The notes: a model not told the origin generated them from the sequence alone. A stretch of DNA of 63,941 bases, filler included, from Hyphochytrium catenoides (GCA_900088475.1; 8 parts of 8 records of this genome joined end to end with filler, not necessarily neighbours in it); one strand, 5' to 3'; numbered from the whole stretch's first letter, positions 51,344 through 62,928 are shown. Numbers and translations: made by a program.

Positions 51344-52777
51344 ATGAAGGAGCTGGAGGAAGAAGAGCCATTCTTGACACCAGAAGGGAGGACCGACAAC
51401 CAATGGCACGAAGAAGAGAGAAGCCCACCAGTGTCTTCTCTCCCTCTCTCTTCTCCTGTCTCTTCTTCCTCTTCTCTCTCTCATTTTCAAAAGTTCAGTG
51501 CCCTGCACTATGGCTCTCATCCTCCTCGTCGCCTACGATCAGGAGGGGGCGGCGGAGGAGGAGCAGGAGAGAGAGAGAGAAAGAGTTCGTTAAAGTCTTC
51601 TCCTGAAAATCTTGATGGCCCTGAAGAGACAGAGGAGGAAGAAGGAGAAGAAGAAGAGAGAAGCACAACAGAAAGAGAAGAGAGAGAGAGAAGGGCAAAT
51701 GCTGCCTCGACAAGCAACTCTCTCTCTTCGTCTCCCGCTTCTCTCCCGTATTCCTCTCCTCCCTTGACAGAAAGGAAAAGCACAATCTACGGTTCAGGAG
51801 AGAGTCTCTCTCCTCCTCCGCTTCTATTTTTCTCTCAGTATCTCTCTCCTCCTCTCTCTTCTCAAGTCTCCTCTCCTCCTCTTTCCTCTACCTTCTCTTC
51901 TCCTCTTCTCTCCACCTCGTCCCTTATCACTTCTCCTTCCTTCTTTGATCCTCTACGGTCTTGCTCTTTCTCTCCTCTGAACTCCGTCTCTCCTCTTTCT
52001 CTTAGCCCGCTCTCGCTCTCCAACCCACAGTCAAAACTTAGGAGAAGACGACCGAGAAGAGAGAGAAGTCTTTCTGACTCTTCTCTCCAGCAGTTCCGTG
52101 GCGCTATTGAGATCTTTGAGCTGTCTGTTGACAGCAGCAAACCTCTTGGCGTCTCTCTCTCCTCTTGCCCTCAGAATCTACGAGAGAGAGAGAGACGTAT
52201 TATCCCGAGAGGAGGAGAGAGAAGAGACGACAAGGAGAGAGAAGAGACGATGCTGCCAAAAGAAAGAGGAGGAGAGAGAAGAAGAATAATCGTGAGAGAG
52301 GTGGACCTCCTCCATTGTCAAAGAGCTTGTCTCCCTCTCTCTCCTGGCGATCAGCTTCTCTCCATCAACGGAGAGAGCGTCTGTCACAGATCAATGGCAG
52401 AGATCAGTCAAATGATTCTACAAAGATCCCCCGCCAGCTTGATCTTTTCGACGTTCTCTCTCTTCTCCGTCATCTGGAGAGCAGGACTGCTGGGTCTGCA
52501 CTTCTCTCCTGGCTCTTTCTCTCATAATAAAGGGCTTCCCGTCGTTGTCAGGACGAGAAAGAGAGAGAAGAAAGAGAGAGAAGAGAGAGTCATCAAGGGA
52601 GGAGCCGAGCAGAGTCTAGCGGAGAACATAGAGAGAGTGAGAGAGGGAGACATTCTCCTTGTTATCAATGGAAAGTCGACCAGTCGGATGTCTTTCTCTG
52701 AGAGCATGGAACTTCTGGCTCACGAGCCGATGCCCATCAGAATGCTCTTCAGGAAAGGGAGACGAACCAAGAACTAA
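51344..52777 (+). CDS. PDZ-domain protein (two PDZ-like domains after a long Ser/Pro/Glu-rich region)
   Basis: 477-aa ORF containing KPLGVSL..LSPGDQLLSINGESV and GLLGLHF..VREGDILLVINGKST..PIRMLFR. Confidence 0.8.
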   Translation: MKELEEEEPFLTPEGRTDNQWHEEERSPPVSSLPLSSPVSSSSSLSHFQKFSALHYGSHPPRRLRSGGGGGGGAGERERKSSLKSSPENLDGPEETEEEEGEEEERSTTEREERERRANAASTSNSLSSSPASLPYSSPPLTERKSTIYGSGESLSPPPLLFFSQYLSPPLSSQVSSPPLSSTFSSPLLSTSSLITSPSFFDPLRSCSFSPLNSVSPLSLSPLSLSNPQSKLRRRRPRRERSLSDSSLQQFRGAIEIFELSVDSSKPLGVSLSSCPQNLRERERRIIPRGGERRDDKEREETMLPKERGGERRRIIVREVDLLHCQRACLPLSPGDQLLSINGESVCHRSMAEISQMILQRSPASLIFSTFSLFSVIWRAGLLGLHFSPGSFSHNKGLPVVVRTRKREKKEREERVIKGGAEQSLAENIERVREGDILLVINGKSTSRMSFSESMELLAHEPMPIRMLFRKGRRTKN

Positions 52778-53164
52778 CGCAGGGAACGCCACATTCTCTC
52801 TCTCTTTCTCTCTCTTCCCTCTCTCTCCGTACTCTTTTCTCTCCCACACTGCTGCTGCTGGGATGCAGAAAGAAAGGTCTCGCACTGTCAAAACACGGGC
52901 TTCGCTGTGTGCGATCCTCTCTCCGGCGCCAGACAGAGCCGCTAATGCTGTTTGTTGTTTTCTAAAATGAACTCAAAATGTCGAAAAGTTCCTTCAACCA
53001 ATGCCTTCTGTCTCTGTCTCTCTCTTCTCTTTCTCTCTCTGACTTTTGCCACTGATTGTCATGAGTCAACGGTCGGAGATAGATAGTACAGAAGAGAAGG
53101 GAGAGAGAAGATGAAAGGAAGGAGACAATCACGCATTTCTCTCTTTCTAGGAATAAGTTAATAG

Positions 53165-54262
53165 TTAGATTACTTGGAGAGAGACTTTGCTGTCAAAAGC
53201 TTTGCTGTCCGTCGCTTTCTCTCTCTCTCTCTTCTCTGCAGCTCTCCGCTCACACGCTCGCAAGAAGATCCTCAGTCTGTCAAAGAAAAACTCGACTCTC
53301 TGGTTCGTGGCCGCTCTTAGAGAGAGAGAGGAAGAGGGATAGGCCGTCCTCATCTCGATATCATTGTGTCCTCCTCCTTCAACCCAGAAAGGCTTCTCTC
53401 TCCATCTTTCTTGGATAGAGAGAAAGAGTCTCTCTCCGTGCCAAAACGGCACCACTTCGTCTTTGGTCCCGTGAATAATAAGCACTGGAGCCTCAATGGA
53501 TGGCATGCGGTCTATGTTCGGGAAAAGGTCTCCTGGAAAAGTGAACCGAAGGGGAGAGAGGACACGGAACACTGACAAGATGGGAGACTGATGAAGAGAT
53601 CACAAAAGAGAGAGAGAGAGTGCGAGAGAGAGAGAGAAGGAGAGGAGAGAGAGAGAAGGAGAAGAGAGAGAGAGAGAAGGAGAGGAGAGAGAGAGAGAAG
53701 AGAGCAAGAGAGAGAGGAGATAAAAGGAAAAAGTAACGGGAGAAAAGCCGTCATGTCAGTGTCAGCAGTACAACTTTGTTGGTGCAAACAAGAGAGGAAG
53801 TTAAAATCACAAACACACAGAGAGAAGGAACGACAGAGAAGAATTAGAGAAGAAAGAGAGAGAGAAAGAGAGAAAATAGAGAGAGTCAGAGGAGAACGGC
53901 ACAGAGAGTGACAGAGACTGAGAGCCAGAGAGAAAAGACCGACAGAGAGACAGAGACCGGCAGAAAGAAGCGCGGGGAAGAGAACAAAGAGCGAGGGGCA
54001 GATCTTGTGCCGTCCACAAAAAGAGAGAGAGGAACTGACTGCCAGCTCTCCCCCTCAGCTTCGGCCACTATAAATCAGAGGAGAAAGCACCGAGTTCTCC
54101 ACCTGAAGAATGACGCCGCGAGGCGGACTGCCGGCCTTTGAAAGCTTCTCCGCAAGGTAACACGTGGGACCAGAGCCAATCGATCGTCCATAGCTGAGGA
54201 GTAAGGAAGTAGGAACTGGTAAGAGAAGTGGTAGCCGCCAACCCTTATTGCGCTTCTTTCCC

Positions 54263-54304
<42 letters not shown>

Positions 54305-55608
54305 AGTCTCGCTTCTCCCTCTCCTTCCCTTGTCAGTCTCTTTCACTTCTCTTTTCTCCCTCTCTCCGTCTCTCGCCTTTACGGCTGACCATACTCTCTC
54401 CCTGCCTCTCTCTCCCTCTCACTCCCTCTTTTACATTCTCTCTCTGTCTGTCTCTCTTCCGCTCTTACACTCTCTCTCTCTCTCTCTCACTAAAGGCGCG
54501 CTTACAGGATCACGTCCCCTGGGCGGAAGCCTTTCTCCTGAATAAGGTAAGAGAAAGCCGTGTCAATATCCCGATAACAGGCGTGCTCATTAGGAACAAC
54601 AGCGGACCCGCTGCCCTCCCCCGGCGACACAACACTGTGCCCGTAGCCCGCGTAGTCGTAACATAGGACATTCACCTGAGAGGGAGGAGAGAGAGAGAGA
54701 GAAGGGAGAGAGAGAGAGGACCGAGAGAGAGAGAGAGAGTCTTCTTAGAGGTGAACGAACGTTGGATGGATTTATAGCAGAACGCATCCAGACGGAAAAA
54801 AGAGAAAGAGAGAAAGAAAGAAAAGGAGAGAGAGATATGGCGAGGACAGCGGAAGGAAGAGAAGAGAGGTCATGGATGGCTGGTACTCGCTTACATTCAG
54901 CAGCCTGGCAAGCTCAATAAACCACTCCATGACGAGGCCGAGATCTGTACAGAGAGAGAGGGAGAGAGAATAAGAGAAAGAGAGAGACGAGCACGTGATA
55001 TGAGCTCATAGAAACAGGAAACGACACAGAGAGGAAGAAACGGAAGGAGAAGCTGAATGACGCAAGGATAACCAGGATAGAAAAGGAGAGATGGGGAGAG
55101 AGAGAGAAAGAGAGAGAGAAAGAAAGAGCAATGAGAGGGAAGACCACCTAATCATCAAGACTTCAAATAGGAGTAGGACAAAGAATCATGCAAAAGAGAA
55201 AATAGTTGGGGAGAAAGCAAAGAAGGAAAGACGGTGAGGAAAGACTCGAAGAAAAGAAGAGACTGCGTCTAATATTCTTGGTCCCTTACCCTCAGCGTTG
55301 CCATGGCTGAACAGGATGCAGACGTCCGACCTAGAGAGAGAGAGAGAGAGAAGAGAGAGAGTTAGCTCGGGAGAGATAGTTTTGGAGTGAGGAGATGCTG
55401 AGGGAAGAGAACGATAAGCCAAAGAAAGGAACAACGAAAGAGAGAGAGATAAAGAGATAAAGCGAGAGAGAAATGGAGAGATTAAGAGAGAGAGATAAAG
55501 ATTACGGAGAATTTCACTGGATGGCTGATGAAGAAAGGATAGAAGGTATGTACAAAGCGGGGGAACGGAGAACCTGGAGCAGACGCAAGAGAAGGAGAAA
55601 GAAAAGGA

Positions 55609-55647
<39 letters not shown>

Positions 55648-56068
55648 AGAGAGAGAGAGAGAGAGAAAGGAGGGAAAGAAAGACAGACAGAGAGAGAGAG
55701 AAAGGTACAGAAATAGATGAAAGAAAAGGAGAAATGGGACGGCTTTGAGGAAGCGAAAAGATTTATCTGTGCAGCGCAATAAATTCAAGACACGAGAGAG
55801 AGAGACAGAGAGCACACCAATGAGAAAGGAGAGAATGATGGAAGTGGGGGAAACCTGTAGAGGGAGAGACAGAGAGAGAGAGAGAGAGTTTTCTAGGAGA
55901 GAAGAGAGAGAGAGAGCTGGGAAAGAGGCAGATGGCATACTTTCTATCCACATAGAAGGCAGGGATTGTCTCCCCGGGCCCCACCTGCAGATGCACGATA
56001 GGCTGGTCGGAAGGGAGAGGCGTGGGAGGAGGAGGTTGGAAGACTAGAGCGGAGAGATACGCACCCAT
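53165..56068 (-). CDS. ABHD17: Alpha/beta hydrolase, ABHD17-like (depalmitoylase family), multi-exon
   Basis: MGAYLSALVFQPP; ILFSHGNAE|DLG; YDYAGYG; nucleophile elbow YGRSIGSGP; IIHGTKDEVVPFWHG; EGGGHND. Confidence 0.9.
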
Positions 56069-56111
56069 AGAGGCCAACAGAAGAGAGAGAGAGAGAGAGA
56101 AAGAAAGAGAG

Positions 56112-56181
<70 letters not shown>

Positions 56182-56559
56182 CAAGACACAGGCAGTTATC
56201 CGGAGGAGACGGCGCGCTGGCACAGAGGAGAAAGAGAAAGAGAGACGGAAAGTAGAAGAGTAAGAGACACAAGGAAGATGAAGATACCGAGAGGAGAGAG
56301 ATACTGTCAGTGCATCAGGGAGAAGAAGAGAAGGGAGAGACTTAAGCTAGCAGGCTATCTTTCTCTGCCCCCGCGCTTATAATTGAAATGCCTTTAGGTC
56401 TGGGCAGTCTTGGGCCTGATAGCAAGGAATATGAAGCAATATGGAGAGAGAGAGAGAGAGAGTAGAGAGAAAGAGAGCGAGGGGAGGAGGGGCGGGGAAG
56501 AGAGAGAGAGAGAGTGTAAGAGAAGAGAGAGAGCAAGAGAGAGAGAGAGAGAGCTAGAA

Positions 56560-56590
<31 letters not shown>

Positions 56591-56976
56591 ATCAGAGGAG
56601 CTCCTATTATTGAGCTCTTATTATGTGATCATCTTTCTGGCTTTTCTCTCTCCATCTCTCTCTTGATCTCTCTTTCTCCCTTTCTCTCTCTCCTGGGTGC
56701 CCTAAGATTATCGTAATACTAGCCCAAACTTACTACTCCGGAGTACTAAGATTAAGCCCAAGTGATGCTCATCTGAGCTACTGTCGTTTATTTCCCTAAC
56801 TATTGCATGGAATACCGGAACCTATGACGAAGATCGGAATCCAGAGGTTTTCGCTATTCTTACATAATAGAGGTCGCCTCCTGTCGCTCACTTCCTCAGA
56901 TTCTCTTCTCTCCTGCTCCTCATTCCTTCTGGGCCTTCGTCGTCACTGTTGGTCGTCTCCTTTCTCTCTCTCCCTC

Positions 56977-57076
56977 NNNNNNNNNNNNNNNNNNNNNNNN
57001 NNNNNNNNNNNNNNNNNNNNTTAATTAATTAANNNNNNNNNNNNNNNNNNNNNNNNNNNNNNNNNNNNNNNNNNNN
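56977..57076. other. Artificial contig-joining spacer
   Basis: 44 N + TTAATTAATTAA + 44 N. Confidence 0.97.
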
Positions 57077-57121
57077 CACCATAACAAAGAAGAGCTTCCA
57101 ACCAACACTGCCATCTCATCA

Positions 57122-58040
57122 CCAGCTACAGCCCAGATGCGGTACAGTGGTACAGCGTAGGAGGCCAGGCTACATCATGTACGTTGCTGCCTGTAGAAGG
57201 CGTTTCGGGATGTCAACAAAGCCCAACAACAAACTCCAGGAACAAAGCCCAACAACAAAAGCCCAACAACAAAGCCTAACAACAAAGCCCAACAACAAAG
57301 CCCAACAACAAAGCCCAACAACAAAGCCCAACAACAAAGCCCAACAACAAAGCCCAACAACAAATCGTCTAAAATCGACGTAGTTCTACGTTGCTGCCTT
57401 TGGGGAAAAGGGATCTAAAATAGGAAAATAGGCTTCCGCTAGGCAACCCAGGGAGAGAGTGTACGGCTAGCTACAGTGGTACAGTCAGATGCGGTACAGC
57501 ATAGGCGGGCAGGCTACATCATGTACGTATACAGTATACAGCCAGCTACAGCCAGATGCTACAGTGGTTCAGCGTAGGACGCCAGGCTACATCATGTACG
57601 TTGCTGCCTGTAGAAGGCGTTTCGNNNNNNNNNNNNNNNNNNNNNNNNNNNNNNNNNNNNNNNNNNNNNNNNNNNNNNNNNNNNNNNNNNNNNNNNNNNN
57701 NNNNNNNNNNNNGCCCAACAACAAAGCCCAACAACAAACCGCCTAAAATCGACGTAGTTCTACGTTGCTGCCTTCGGGGAAAAGGGATCTAAAATAGGAA
57801 AATAGGCTTCCGCTAGGCAACCCAGAGAGAGAGTGTACGGCTAGCTACAGTGGTACAGTCAATTGCGGTACAGCATAAGCGGGCAGACTACATCATGTAC
57901 GGGGCTGCCAGCGATGGAAGGGTTGTAAGACAGGCTTCCGGTAGCCAACCCACCGAAAAAGAGAGAGACTGTGTGTACAACTAACTACCTACAAATGCAA
58001 GAAGCAGACAGCTAGCGACGCCCAGATGCGGTTACGCCAG
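57122..58040. repeat. Higher-order tandem repeat (units of ~420 bp) containing a 13-mer array
   Basis: Units at 57122-57541 and 57542-~57901, then a degenerate partial unit. Each full unit has CTACATCATGTACG subunits and a (GCCCAACAACAAA)n array (~11 copies at 57221-57364). Confidence 0.9.
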
Positions 58041-58752
58041 AGCCATCCAATCAGCCTTTAGAATCCCTAGTCGCTGCGTCGCTGCGGCATCTCACGGCTC
58101 AGAGGCTCCGCGACACTGAGATGAGAGTAAGATAGCGAATTGTCGTCATTCTTCAGGCCCTGAAAGCCTTCTCGAGCACTATTTGAGGCTGCGCCAAACT
58201 GCTTGTGCCAGGCACCAAGCTCACCTTCAGCGCTCGGCATTTCCGAAGGTCTGCGAGGTACTTGCGAGAGAGTATTGAAAATATAGTCAAAGGAAGCAGC
58301 ATATTGTGTGGAGGAAGGGGATGGTAAGGGAAGGAAACGCGAGGCAAGGAGGGGAGGGTTAGGGATATGGAATGAGGGAGGCCACCATCTTGCCAATTGA
58401 GAGGAAGAAGCTGTGCTATCAAAATATCTTTGAATTGTCATGGAGCTAACCCTTGCTATTCTCCAATAGCCTGAACATCTGCCGTTTGAAGATACAGTGA
58501 ACCTTGGTCGTCTACTTGGTCCTCCGGGACCCTAAGTGTTGCCCACTCTTAAGCTGCTCTTGGTGGCTGGCCTGATAAAGTGTGCAAGAGCGCCATCAAA
58601 AAACCTCGCCGGAAGCGCCTGGCACCAGCAATATACACCCTCAGTAGCAAAATAGACATGATGGCGGTATTTTCATCTGTCTTAATGCCATGCGTACAAG
58701 CTCTGTCATAAGAGTAGCTCATCGGTAACTAAATCACTGGTTTGCCTTGAAA

Positions 58753-60081
58753 TTATTCAGAATTGAAGTAGGCGGCAAAGAAGTTAAGGAGGATGAAAGT
58801 CACCCACTCCCTAAGGGAGTTTCTGCCACTACGATCATCTAGCGTAAATCTTATCGATGCCCTATTCTTCTGACAGAGCTTGTACGCGTTAAGACAAAGA
58901 TAGATACCGCAGTCATGTATGTTTTGCTGCTGAGGGCAGCGCATTCTTGTAGGCTTGTCACTGTGTTCTCTAAGTCCCCTGACGTTGGCAATGAATGATC
59001 GCCAGCAAGTATCTCGTCCAGAGCCAACTTCTTTGTTGGCGCTGTCAAGCAGGTAAGCGCGTCCTTCGTTGATGTAAAAAAGAATAAAGTGCCTCTGCTC
59101 TGCGTCAGCTTCAAACTCATTCTCAGTGGCTACTAGGATGACTGGGACGAAGATCCTCTCTGAGTCATTATACTGGAACTCCGGAAGTTGATCAGATGAA
59201 TGAACCCTATAGAAGAGCACGTCGGGATAGTACTCGGCCAGCATGACCATCCACGCGTTGATCACCTCACCGTCTATATTCTGTCCAGCGTTATACACTT
59301 GCCTAAGATCCTCACAATGAAGTACAACGTCAGAGCCGAAATGCGAAGGCAGTAGTTTCTCCCTGCCACCAACTGTTGTCTGCCAGTCCACACCCAGAAT
59401 ACCTTCCACCGCGGCTCTCTGAGAATCTGACAGGCGACGTGACTCCTTCTCTGCTAGTGAAAAGAGCCCTAGAATGCTGCCAATGGAAATAGAACTTGCC
59501 AAGCTTGGTGTCTCAGGAGGGCGTTGTACAGGAGCTTGCGCAGGGGGCTGCTGTGACTTCTCTGGGGGCTGCTGTGCCTGCTCTACCGGTTCACTCGGGC
59601 TTGAATCTGCTTGTTGCCTTAATCGTTGACCTGCAGGTCGGTCCGATCCCCTGTGCGTCTGCTCCATCTCAGCTACCGGTATAGGAGTATTTCGGTGACG
59701 GTGACAAACCCTAGACTTCCCTCTATGAGGTGTTTCGCACCCTGGTATTACACATAGTCCTGGCGCATATCCAGGATCGTTACACGCGGTAGCGTGCCTC
59801 GCACACTTGGATATATTCGATCTTCGCAAGCGATTGCAGCCTTGTACGTCACAAAAGAGCTGTATCCTACAAGCGCCATCCGTATTCATAAGCGCTTTGC
59901 TGTGCTCTCCACACCGACGGGTCTGCTTTGCTATCTGTCGTTTCTCACAACCCTCTATCTCACAGATTTTTCGTTTTCGTTTCATCAGTTGAGTTTCTAA
60001 TGGCAGTAAGTGGTTTGGGCATTGATCATGCTCCCCACTGCGCCGATGAGGGCAGCAACGGACTAGGCACGTCCCAGGCAT
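58753..60081 (-). CDS. Intronless protein with four C-x4-C-x10/11-C-x2-H fingers and a C-terminal Ulp1/C48 cysteine protease domain
   Basis: Fingers CLVRCC..CPNH, CEIEGC..CGEH, CDVQGC..CARH and CVIPGC..CHRH. Protease motifs IDGEVINAW, QRHFIL (His), LLDS (Asp) and PQQQNIHDCGIY (Gln, Cys). Confidence 0.85.
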   Translation of the reverse strand: MPGTCLVRCCPHRRSGEHDQCPNHLLPLETQLMKRKRKICEIEGCEKRQIAKQTRRCGEHSKALMNTDGACRIQLFCDVQGCNRLRRSNISKCARHATACNDPGYAPGLCVIPGCETPHRGKSRVCHRHRNTPIPVAEMEQTHRGSDRPAGQRLRQQADSSPSEPVEQAQQPPEKSQQPPAQAPVQRPPETPSLASSISIGSILGLFSLAEKESRRLSDSQRAAVEGILGVDWQTTVGGREKLLPSHFGSDVVLHCEDLRQVYNAGQNIDGEVINAWMVMLAEYYPDVLFYRVHSSDQLPEFQYNDSERIFVPVILVATENEFEADAEQRHFILFYINEGRAYLLDSANKEVGSGRDTCWRSFIANVRGLREHSDKPTRMRCPQQQNIHDCGIYLCLNAYKLCQKNRASIRFTLDDRSGRNSLREWVTFILLNFFAAYFNSE

Positions 60082-60470
60082 TGGCTATTTGACTGAGTGT
60101 TGGTGGCTTTGCGATGGTGGTGGAAAAAGATGTTGTGTGAGAAACCTGGAGAACAGTCTGCGACTTGGAGTCATCCCCGAGCGGAATTACCCAAGAAAAA
60201 AGCCCAAACAAAGTGTACATAGAGCTATAAAGGGCGAAGAGCTAACTCCCATGGAATTTATTTCTAGGGTAGAGTTGCGAATCTGGACTTTAGAAATATT
60301 ATCTATGGAGTTGTCGGAGCACCAGGCCTCCCAAAAATGACCGGGTAGGCTGTACATTCTTTTGAAGTTTTCTGAGAAGTTTTCGAATCCGAAACTCCAT
60401 AGTTAATATTCTTAAGAGGCCCGGTTTCGCAACGTTTTCCTAAAGTGAAAATAGTCTTCACCCTTATTAA

Positions 60471-60600
60471 GGTTGTAATAAGACAGGCTTCCGCTCTGCA
60501 ACGCCTCGAAAGGTGTACAGCTAGCTACAAACCGATGCCGGTACAGTATAGTGGAGGAAGGCAGGTGTACATCATGTACGTTGCTGCCCCGCGGTAGAAG
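60471..60600. repeat. Copy of the 57-58 kb repeat family, same orientation
   Basis: GGTTGTAATAAGACAGGCTTCCGCT..GTGTACAGCTAGCTACA..TACATCATGTACGTTGCTGCC..GTAGAAG matches subunits at 57122-57960. Confidence 0.85.
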
Positions 60601-60700
60601 NNNNNNNNNNNNNNNNNNNNNNNNNNNNNNNNNNNNNNNNNNNNTTAATTAATTAANNNNNNNNNNNNNNNNNNNNNNNNNNNNNNNNNNNNNNNNNNNN
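60601..60700. other. Artificial contig-joining spacer
   Basis: 44 N + TTAATTAATTAA + 44 N. Confidence 0.97.
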
Positions 60701-61396
60701 CCTTATGGCTATATACGTTCCTAGAGCTGAGCCCACCGCAGCAATAGCGGCCTTAACCTTGGTGTCCGTAACGCCAGGCAACGCGTCAGAAAGAGCGATT
60801 GCGATGCTACCCGATAGAGTTAACAGGCTGAGACCTGTGGCTTGTAGTGATTGGTCTCCGGTAGAATAATAAGCTTGAAAGCTAAGCAGATAGACGCAGG
60901 GTGCCATCTGCAGCATGTAAAACCATGTGTTGAAGTCGTCCAAGATTAATCGTGTCAGCACTGCATTGAAGTCCGGGATAGAGAACACCAAGAAGTAAGT
61001 GTAAAGCGCTCCACAGAGGACGGCACACCGTGCATTCACAGATGGACCAAAGTTTTCTAGCGCGAAGACGCTGCTGGTCACGCTGATGGTGTAGAAGAAA
61101 AGGATACTGGCACTAAATAGACGATAGTATATAGTCCGACGATAACGAAAGAATGCCTCACGGGTCTTTCCTCTGAGGCAAGCCGCCCCAAGCGTCTCTC
61201 TGCCCTCTATGACCTGATCCTGATACCCAGGAGCAGGACTAACCTCCCACAGGATGGAGGATGGTTGTGATGTAGCCGAAGACAGACGGCTACTAGTTTG
61301 TTCCTCACCATTATTGTCCAGGCCCCTCGATTGTTCCACCGGGGGCCCCGCTAGTGTCACTGTTCCCGTCGGTGCTATCAGGTTCTTCTTACCCAT
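60701..61396 (-). CDS. Uncharacterised multi-pass membrane protein (3' end cut by contig end)
   Basis: An open frame of ~232 codons with no low-complexity sequence, a soluble N-terminus and about 5 hydrophobic segments. Confidence 0.65.
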
Positions 61397-62811
61397 ACTG
61401 GTATCCCTCTATATGAAGGTAAAGGCGAAGCTATCGACAAGCTTGCTCTTTCTCCTGATGAGCTAGAATATCACCGAAGTCGCCTTAGCTCCTCCCATGA
61501 CAAGGCTTCCCGGCGTTGAGGCCATTATTGGCCACCCCCAACAGTCAGCCTAAGCCATCCGACTCTTTCTTCGTCTGTGGTGTGCTGGGTGATTCCGCTT
61601 CCACGACAGTGTAACTTATTGACTAGAAGAACTCGCACCTCATGGTCCGATATGCCGTCCCCACTGTTAGCACTAATCGCAAGCTGCTGACTTACGGACG
61701 AGCAGGCAAAGTTCAGAGAGGAGTGCTGTTCAGGGTAGGCGTAAGTGTGTGGCTTCCTTTGCCGCAGCAGTTGCTGGGGACATTTACAGGCGAACGATAG
61801 AACAAGTTTTCGTACAAGGAGGGCCCTCAGTCTGTCATAGCAAGGTCTCCCGAATTGAAGTCCACTCAGCTTGTTCAATGTGCAGTGTGTCTCATGGACT
61901 CGGCCTCAAAAAGAACCAATGTGAGTAATAAAGGACTGACCCACTTCGCAGAGGTTGCCTTCGCCCTATTGTTGGTGTCTTCCAACGGAATATGCCTAAA
62001 GTCCACCAGCAAAGGAGGCCGATAACTAGTGAGCACGATAGGTACCGTGGCCAGGGACGTATCGTGGGCTAGCTATTGGACAAAGAACTCTGAGGAACAG
62101 GAAGTATGAAGGAGAAGAGGTAGACAACGGGGGATCGGCCGAGACAGAGAGAGTTTGGATAAGAGAGGGATGAGTTGTCTCCTAAGGCCCAGATTTATGA
62201 GTTCATTTGGACCGAATGCTGTCGAATGAACAGAACATGATCGGTGTGCTGGGAGGAGATTAGGTCCGTCTTCAGCATGAGAAGGAAGAGTCTTCGAGGA
62301 AGAGAAAGACGGTTTCAGATAAGTCATTTCTTCCCTCAGCAGCAGCACCTAGATTCCTGTGGACTGATACCAAGACAGCGTGGCAGGCTGCTTGCGGGAA
62401 GTGACATAATAGAGGAGAAGAGAGACGAAGAGATAGAGAGACGAGGGGGAGAAAGAAAAAGAAGAGAGAGGGAGAGAGACACAATATAAAACAGAGACCA
62501 ACCGAGACAATCAACAAGACAGAGCAGGTCACGATATATTGTCAACAACTACCAGGAAGACGCTGCCAAGAAGAAGAGAGAGGAGGGAGCGCGCCCGAGA
62601 GAGAGAGAGAGACACAGAGAGAGAGAGAGAGAGAGACCGAGAGAGAGAGACAGAGAGAGAGAGACACGAAGATGACGATGATAGAAGAAGGAAAGGTGAT
62701 GAGAGCCATGCTGGCGAAGGGAAGAAGGATGATGGTTGAGGACGAGACAGGCAGACCAGCACCCTCCTTCCTTTCCTCTGTTTATATCTTAGGGACTTTC
62801 CTAACTGGCGG

Positions 62812-62911
62812 NNNNNNNNNNNNNNNNNNNNNNNNNNNNNNNNNNNNNNNNNNNNTTAATTAATTAANNNNNNNNNNNNNNNNNNNNNNNNNNNNNNNNN
62901 NNNNNNNNNNN
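62812..62911. other. Artificial contig-joining spacer
   Basis: 44 N + TTAATTAATTAA + 44 N. Confidence 0.97.
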
Positions 62912-62928
62912 ACGACCAACTGCGAGTG

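Noticed and set aside
57122-57901. CRISPR-like repeat-spacer array or true telomere
   Set aside because: There are no unique spacers, the context is eukaryotic, and the 13-mer arrays are internal to larger units rather than terminal.
61500-62400. Short ORFs upstream of the membrane protein gene
   Set aside because: They have no motifs and no consistent splice model could be built.
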